Shown: piece by piece, positions 58,306 through 64,000 of the stretch
Numbering within the stretch: position 1 is the first letter of the stretch
Layout of the letters: the number at the start of each line of letters is the position of its first letter
NCBI GenBank assembly: GCA_010093745.1
Contig: MU005974.1
Span: 124,001-188,000, forward strand
DNA from: Piedraia hortae CBS 480.64
Taxonomy: Eukaryota
Reading direction: 5' to 3'
Length of the DNA: 64,000 nt
Notes under the pieces: generated by a model
Database searches by the model: none
What the model was told of the DNA's origin: nothing
Seen by the model: the letters and a program-made list of their open reading frames with translations, nothing else
Translations under genes and position numbers: made by a program

Positions 58306-58725
58306 ATGTGCACCAAACGGTGGCTCGTATACACTGGCTGCGAGTGCAGGGTGATGGACGGGGCTCGATCATTCCAGCTATGCGATGCCGCACTCGCAAA
58401 AGCAAGCCAAGAGTCATCGCCGACGGAGGTTTCCAAGACCGCAGCTACGGCAACGTCATCAGTACGGGAGCGGTCGTCCAGCTTCCTAAAGAGAAATTCC
58501 CCATCGTCCAAGTTCTCTCAATTATCGCTGTCCCCTAAAACATGCCAGTCTGAGAGCATCAAGACAGGCCTGACGAATAAGGGCCAGTCCAATGCTAACA
58601 CCACAGTCTGTGACAACGTTGTGGACGAGGAGAAACTGCACGATGTTCGAGACGAGAGTATCTGTGCTCAGTGTATGGCTAAGCTGCGCAAGTCCTGTGA
58701 AGAGCTGTACGTCCTGATGGATTAG
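58306..58725 (+). CDS. Small hypothetical protein with spaced cysteines
   Basis: ORF MCTKRWLVYTGCEC...FQLC...CAQC with an S/T-rich middle. No recognised family. Confidence 0.5.
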   Translation: MCTKRWLVYTGCECRVMDGARSFQLCDAALAKASQESSPTEVSKTAATATSSVRERSSSFLKRNSPSSKFSQLSLSPKTCQSESIKTGLTNKGQSNANTTVCDNVVDEEKLHDVRDESICAQCMAKLRKSCEELYVLMD

Positions 58726-59003
58726 TAGTATTGAGTCTAAGCAGAGGAAACGAGACCTATGAGAATGCAAGCTGGTAGGTGTGATGAGACACGAGCTATA
58801 GCTCTAGACGTTATAACCTATTTCACGTTACTCTTTGACTGAACCCCTCTTCACGAATCTGTTTCCTGTGATTGACGTCTCACAATGAAGCTTTGGATAT
58901 TTCTATCTTGCGTCGGATCTACCCGCTAGCGCAGATCAGCCGCCAACCTCCTCCGGCGCGACCAATAGCGCAGCTCTGGGATCTTGTAATCAAGGTAGGC
59001 AAC

Positions 59004-60305
59004 ATGCCTGGCGTCGTGGCAAAACAAAAGACACACAAGCCAACCAAGAACGAACAGCGACGAGCGAAGAAGAAGGCACAGCGCCAAGCGGTAAGTCTGG
59101 CCCTCTCTAACCACAACCGATCCTCGCTGACCCAAAAGGCGGCGCAAACATCAACACAACCAGAACCTCCCAAGAACGATGCCGCACCTTCAAAAATCGA
59201 TTCCACACCTCCCAAACCACAAGCCCAAGACTACAACTACGATGACACAGTGGAAGAAGTGGACATCCCCACCGACGATCCAATCTACTCCCAATTCGCA
59301 ACCGTCTTTGCCAAATTCGCCACACAGGACGAAGTTCCTGACGACGAGGTAAAGGACAAACAAGTCCGCTTCCACGACGACGAAGACAACATCCAAGGAG
59401 AGGACGAAGAGGCCGAGACCCAGAAGCGACTCTCCAAAAAGGCACGAAAGGCAGCCAACAAACTCTCCGTCGCGGAACTCAAAGCCATTGCTCGGAAACC
59501 CGAACTTGTCGAGGGGTCGGATACCTCCGCCCAAGATCCAAAACTTCTCGTAAACATCAAAAGCGCGAAAAACGTCGTCCCCGTCCCTGCCCACTGGAGT
59601 CTGAAGCGGGACTACCTCTCCTCCAAACGCGGCGTCGAAAAAGTCGGCTTTGCTCTACCAAAATTCATCGCCGAGACCGGAATCGCAGAAATGCGCGACG
59701 CAGCATTAGAAAAACAAGCCGAAGCAACACTAAAACAAAAACAACGAGAACGCGTACAGGGCAAGCTTGGAAAACTGGATATTGATTATCAGAAGCTTTA
59801 CGAGGCTTTCTTTCGACGACAGACCAAGCCCGCCTTGACGCGGTATGGAGAGGTTTATTACGAGGGAAAAGAGCACGAGACGAATTTGAGACACTTAAGA
59901 CCAGGGTGTTTGAGTCTTGAGTTGCAGGAGGCATTGAATATGCCCCCCGGCGCTCCGCCGCCTTGGTTGATCAACATGCAGAGGTTCGGTCCCCCGCCGT
60001 CGTACCCCGCGCTCAAGATTGCGGGGTTGAATGCCCCGCTGCCGCCGGGAGCGCAGTGGGGGTATCACCCCGGGGGGTACGGGAAGCCGCCGGTTGATGA
60101 GCAGAATAGGCCCCTATGGGGAGGTGATTTGTTTGGGACAGCGCAGGTGGAGGAGGTGCAGATGCAGGCGGAGCCGGTGGATAAGACGCTTTGGGGGGAA
60201 CTATTACCGTTTGAGGAGGAGGAGGAGGAGGATGACGACGAGGAGGATGAGGATGAGGAGATGGATAGAGAGGACGCGGGGGAGAAGATAGTCCTTGAGG
60301 AGTAA
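59004..60305 (+). CDS. CUS1: SF3b subunit 2 (Cus1/SAP145); intron 59091-59138
   Basis: LSVAELK, NVVPVPAHWSLKRDYLSSKRG, KLDIDYQKLYEAFF and the PSP domain (PPPWLINMQRFGPPPSYP...WGYHPGGYGKPP). Confidence 0.92.
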   Translation: MPGVVAKQKTHKPTKNEQRRAKKKAQRQAVSLALSNHNRSSLTQKAAQTSTQPEPPKNDAAPSKIDSTPPKPQAQDYNYDDTVEEVDIPTDDPIYSQFATVFAKFATQDEVPDDEVKDKQVRFHDDEDNIQGEDEEAETQKRLSKKARKAANKLSVAELKAIARKPELVEGSDTSAQDPKLLVNIKSAKNVVPVPAHWSLKRDYLSSKRGVEKVGFALPKFIAETGIAEMRDAALEKQAEATLKQKQRERVQGKLGKLDIDYQKLYEAFFRRQTKPALTRYGEVYYEGKEHETNLRHLRPGCLSLELQEALNMPPGAPPPWLINMQRFGPPPSYPALKIAGLNAPLPPGAQWGYHPGGYGKPPVDEQNRPLWGGDLFGTAQVEEVQMQAEPVDKTLWGELLPFEEEEEEDDDEEDEDEEMDREDAGEKIVLEE

Positions 60306-60445
60306 GGTAATTGTAATCTGATAAGGATGATGGATGTGACAGATGTGATAGATGCGACAGCGGGGCAAAACGGTGGGCCTGAGGCATTACCGCCGCCGCC
60401 GCCAAAACATTTGCTGAGCTGCTCCAAATTGTTCCTACAGCACGA

Positions 60446-62251
60446 ATGGACGGAAGATATGGTAGTGCTAATCGACGGCCCATGTCCCGGGTTCCACGGC
60501 GTCGCGAACCTGAGTTTCAGGACCAATACCGCGACGGCCGCGGACAATCGTACCGACCGGGCGGCGCGCGGGAGCGGTCTCCGCTGCCACGACCGTCAGA
60601 CACATACCGAGCGAGATCTCCCCGTAGAAACTTTGCAGATGGCTACCGCGGGCCGAGGGATGATACCTTCAGAGGTCCACGGCGGGATATGGATTTCCGT
60701 GGGCCCCGTCCGCGCAGCAGGAGTCCGCCACAGAGACGATCAGACGAGTATAGAAGGCCATCGTCGCCGCCGAGGTACAGAGACGGCCGAGACGAGAGGG
60801 ACAGCTTTAGAGCCCGACCACGCACTCCGCCGCATCTGAGGAGGGAGCCGCCGAGGGAAAATGCCTACCGAGGAGGGTACCGCGACGACCGCGATTTCCG
60901 CCCCGATCCCCGCGGTTTCGGGCCGGAGAGGGATACTAGGACATATGGCATGGGCCCGTCTACGATCCCGCCGAGATACAGAGACCGCAGTCCACATTCT
61001 CTGGCTAGCGGCGGAGCCCGCAGCCGGAGGCCGTCTCCAGTTGGTCTGAAGCGGGAGCCCATGGGCGGGCGGTTCGACGATTACCCGTCTAGGGGACACA
61101 GTCCACCGCGGTTCTCTCCAGCGCATAGCAGACGGCCGTCTCCTCATCGTCCGGACCTTATCCGTTCACGTTCGCCGCCGTTTGACCCGCGGTCAAGGGA
61201 TGATGATTGGAGGAGGCCGCCCTCGCCGCGGCCAGTGTATGGAAAATCCGAAGCGCATAGTAAACCCGATTACGGAGATGATTTGGACGCGAACATCCCT
61301 CTGCCACGTCCACGACCCGATGACAGACCGGTCAGACCGCTGCCTGACGATCGTCCATCCAGACCACCCCCAAGCAGACTTCCTTACGGCGAGGAACCTC
61401 CTCTTCCTCCTCCTCCTCCTCCCCTTACACGGCGTCCAAGCCTCGCAGACCCAGTCTATGGCGAACCCGCACCGTCAGTTTCCCCCTCCGGTCCATCCAC
61501 CCCTGGACCAGCCTCTCCAGCTGTTTCCAACCCGCGTCAGCAAGCCGCACCGCCGGTGGGTCCCCGCTCCGCGCCAGCGGCGCCTACACCCGCGCGTTCA
61601 GCGGCCCCTCTGGTGCCTAGTCCGCGCGACGAGCTTCCGGCTCCCCGTGGCGGCGGCGGCGGCGGCGGCGGCGGACGCGACGACTTCTCCACCCCACGCG
61701 GCGGTGGTCGCGGCAGCTTCCCACCCCGCGGCGGTCGCGTGGGGTATACCAACCCCTCATTCGGCCGCGGTGAAGGCTACCCCACGCGTGGCATGGAACC
61801 TCATCGTCGCGGAGGTTATAACCAATCCCCGTTCCGCGGAAACCCATCCACGACGTGGTCTCGTCCACAACGTTTCCCCCCAATTACCCTGCCTCCTGAC
61901 GTCTCGCCTACAGCTCCTTCCCCCTTACAGCGGAATTTCCGCGGCGGGGGGACGGTCGCTTCGCGACAAGTCGAGGCTGCCCCGCACCCCGCGCTGAGTT
62001 CTCTTCCCAAGGTTATTGAGGGTGGACAGGCGGCTGAGCCGCTTTATAATACGTCTAAGATGAGGAGGTTACAGGATGAGGCGGAAAAGCTGCAAAAGGA
62101 GATTGGGGAGAAGGAGGGGAGGAAGAGGAAGGGGTTACTTGAATGGGAGAAGTTGGCTCGTGATGTGGATGTTGCGGCGTTGAAAAGTCAGCTGGCGGAG
62201 AAGATGTGTAGGGAGTTTAGTGGGGAGTCTGAGGCGGCGAGGGCGTTTTGA
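60446..62251 (+). CDS. Arg/Pro/Ser-rich low-complexity protein with C-terminal coiled coil
   Basis: 601-aa ORF with RS/RP dipeptides, RGG boxes and an ordered-looking end (RLQDEAEKLQKEI...EWEKL...LAE). Confidence 0.7.
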   Translation: MDGRYGSANRRPMSRVPRRREPEFQDQYRDGRGQSYRPGGARERSPLPRPSDTYRARSPRRNFADGYRGPRDDTFRGPRRDMDFRGPRPRSRSPPQRRSDEYRRPSSPPRYRDGRDERDSFRARPRTPPHLRREPPRENAYRGGYRDDRDFRPDPRGFGPERDTRTYGMGPSTIPPRYRDRSPHSLASGGARSRRPSPVGLKREPMGGRFDDYPSRGHSPPRFSPAHSRRPSPHRPDLIRSRSPPFDPRSRDDDWRRPPSPRPVYGKSEAHSKPDYGDDLDANIPLPRPRPDDRPVRPLPDDRPSRPPPSRLPYGEEPPLPPPPPPLTRRPSLADPVYGEPAPSVSPSGPSTPGPASPAVSNPRQQAAPPVGPRSAPAAPTPARSAAPLVPSPRDELPAPRGGGGGGGGGRDDFSTPRGGGRGSFPPRGGRVGYTNPSFGRGEGYPTRGMEPHRRGGYNQSPFRGNPSTTWSRPQRFPPITLPPDVSPTAPSPLQRNFRGGGTVASRQVEAAPHPALSSLPKVIEGGQAAEPLYNTSKMRRLQDEAEKLQKEIGEKEGRKRKGLLEWEKLARDVDVAALKSQLAEKMCREFSGESEAARAF

Positions 62252-62269
62252 TTGTATGATATGGATGTG

Positions 62270-64000
62270 CTAATAGCCGAGGGTTATGGTGTTCTTCCAG
62301 TTCGGGGAGAGGGTTTGTTCTAGTGCCAGAACCTGGTGGGGGAAGGGGATGTTAGACTGGAGGGATGAGGGGTGGGGGGAGGCTTACCAACGCCGTCCGC
62401 GAGGGGATGTATACATGCATGCAACACCTCCTCCCATTCCAAGGGAGATCTTGAGTAAAGAATCGTTGACCTTTCTGCACCCTCCCGAACCCACCGAAGG
62501 CATCTTTATCGTCCGTGTCGAGGATGATTTGATACGTCCCCGGCACATCGACACCCACGCGGTAGTCTGTATACGACTTCTCGGGATGGAAATTAAAAAC
62601 CCACACCAACCCAGCGCGTTCGAAAACCAGCATCTTATCCCCATCATGTTTCAGCGAGATATACGCCTGTGGCGAGTGCAGCCATCCATACTTCTCCTCC
62701 GTATGCTGCATCGCACTGTCAAAATTATTCAGAAACTTGTACCTTAACAACTCGTCATCAACGAGGTTATACTGCCTCCTTGCATAATGGAACGAGTTCT
62801 TGTTCCCCTCGCGCGGAAAATCAAGCCACTCGGGGTGTCCGAATTCGTTGCCCGAGAAGTTAAGATAGCCTTCCCCTCCCAACGAATGGGTTACGAGACG
62901 GATGAGTTTATGCAGAGCAATCCCCCTCGCGATGACGGGGGTTAGTTCGGATAAGGTAGACATGTTGGTGTACATTTGCGCGTCGCAGAGCCAGAACAAC
63001 AGGGTTTTGTCCCCCACGAGGGCCTGGTCGTGGGACTCGGCGTACGCGATGGTTTTTTCGGCGTGGCGGCGGTTGGTGAGTGTGAACGCTAACGCGCCCA
63101 TGTCCCAGTCGATGTCATTTTTCTCTTTGAGCCATTTGATATACAGGTCCGGTACTGCCATGGCGAGACGGTAGTCGAATCCGATTCCGCCCAAGGAGAG
63201 TTTGATGCAGAGGGCGGGCATGCCGCTTACGTCCTCTGCTATTGTGATGCAGTCTGGATAGAGGTCGTGGAGGAGTTCGTTGGCGAGCATTAAATAGACG
63301 ACTCCGTCTTCGTCGACGGAGGGGCCGAAGTATTCGTGATACCCACCGCTAAAGCCCGTGCCGATCCCGTGGTGGAGGTATAACATGCTTGTTACCCCGT
63401 CGAAACGGAAGCCGTCGAACTGGTACTCTTCCATCCAGAACCGGAGATTTGAGAGTAAAAAGCGAAGCACTTCGTGGTTGCCGTAATTGAAGAGCCGGGA
63501 GTCCCAAAGTTCGTGACGACCGCGGGCGCCTTCGTGGAAGTAGAGGTGGTCGCTGTTGTCGAACATGTTCAACCCGTCGAGGACGTTCTTGCTCGCGTGG
63601 CTGTGGACTACGTCGAGTAGGACGGTTATGCCTAAGCCGTGAGCGGTGTCGACGAGTTCTTTGAGATCGTCGGGTTCGCCGTACCGCGACGAGGCGGCGA
63701 AGAAGCTGTTGATTTGGTACCCGAATGAGGCGTAGTAGGCGTGCTCCATGATGGCCATCAGCTGGATCACGTTGTAGCCAAGTTTGTGGATACGAGGCAA
63801 AGTGTTCTGCGTAAACTCTTTGTACGAAGCTACCTTGGCCTCGGGGCTGCTGATGCCTACGTGGGCTTCGTAGATGCGAGCGCTCAAAGGTTTTGGAGGG
63901 CGTTTGTTCTTGAACTGATACTTTTCCGGTGGGTTCCAGAAGCGCGCATCGTACACTGGAGACACGGACAGGTCTTGAGTCACCCGTTTGATCCACGCTG
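62270..64000 (-). CDS. GLC3: 1,4-alpha-glucan branching enzyme (GH13), 5' part outside window; last intron 62387-62333
   Basis: [55 protein letters not shown] and [14 protein letters not shown]. Confidence 0.96.

Overview
A 64-kb stretch of a very compact filamentous-ascomycete genome: ~45-55-nt GT-AG introns with CTRAC branch points, and convergent genes often only 4-60 nt apart. The taxon cannot be fixed from this window. It holds about 28 protein genes, mostly housekeeping: CLPTM1-like, SCD6, an amino-acid permease, HEM13, APE2, BC10, YPT31/Rab11, SSL1, VTC, Nudix, cytochrome b2-like, CWH41, a GH5 glucanase, a CDF transporter, RPH1/KDM4, ESS2, PCF11, an I9 inhibitor, SAE2/CtIP, GIS2/CNBP, CUS1/SF3B2 and GLC3. 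There is also an intron-containing tRNA-Leu(CAG) and two accessory islands. Island 1 (~12.7-18.6 kb) has a long orphan hairpin, an APH-like kinase pseudogene, a dead TA-flanked Tc1 element with unusual long TIRs, and an intact kinase paralogue. Island 2 (~35.1-44.1 kb) has the tRNA, a decayed NACHT-WD40 NLR and unexplained non-coding DNA. The best hidden signals are (i) a snR52-like C/D snoRNA in the SCD6 intron with a second 18S-complementary element, (ii) a ~50-bp G-U-biased hairpin upstream of Rab11, (iii) Tc1 arms whose inner binding motifs are inverted rather than direct, and (iv) a strong C-rich to G-rich switch inside many genes. All family calls come from motif recognition by eye; no searches or folding computations were run.
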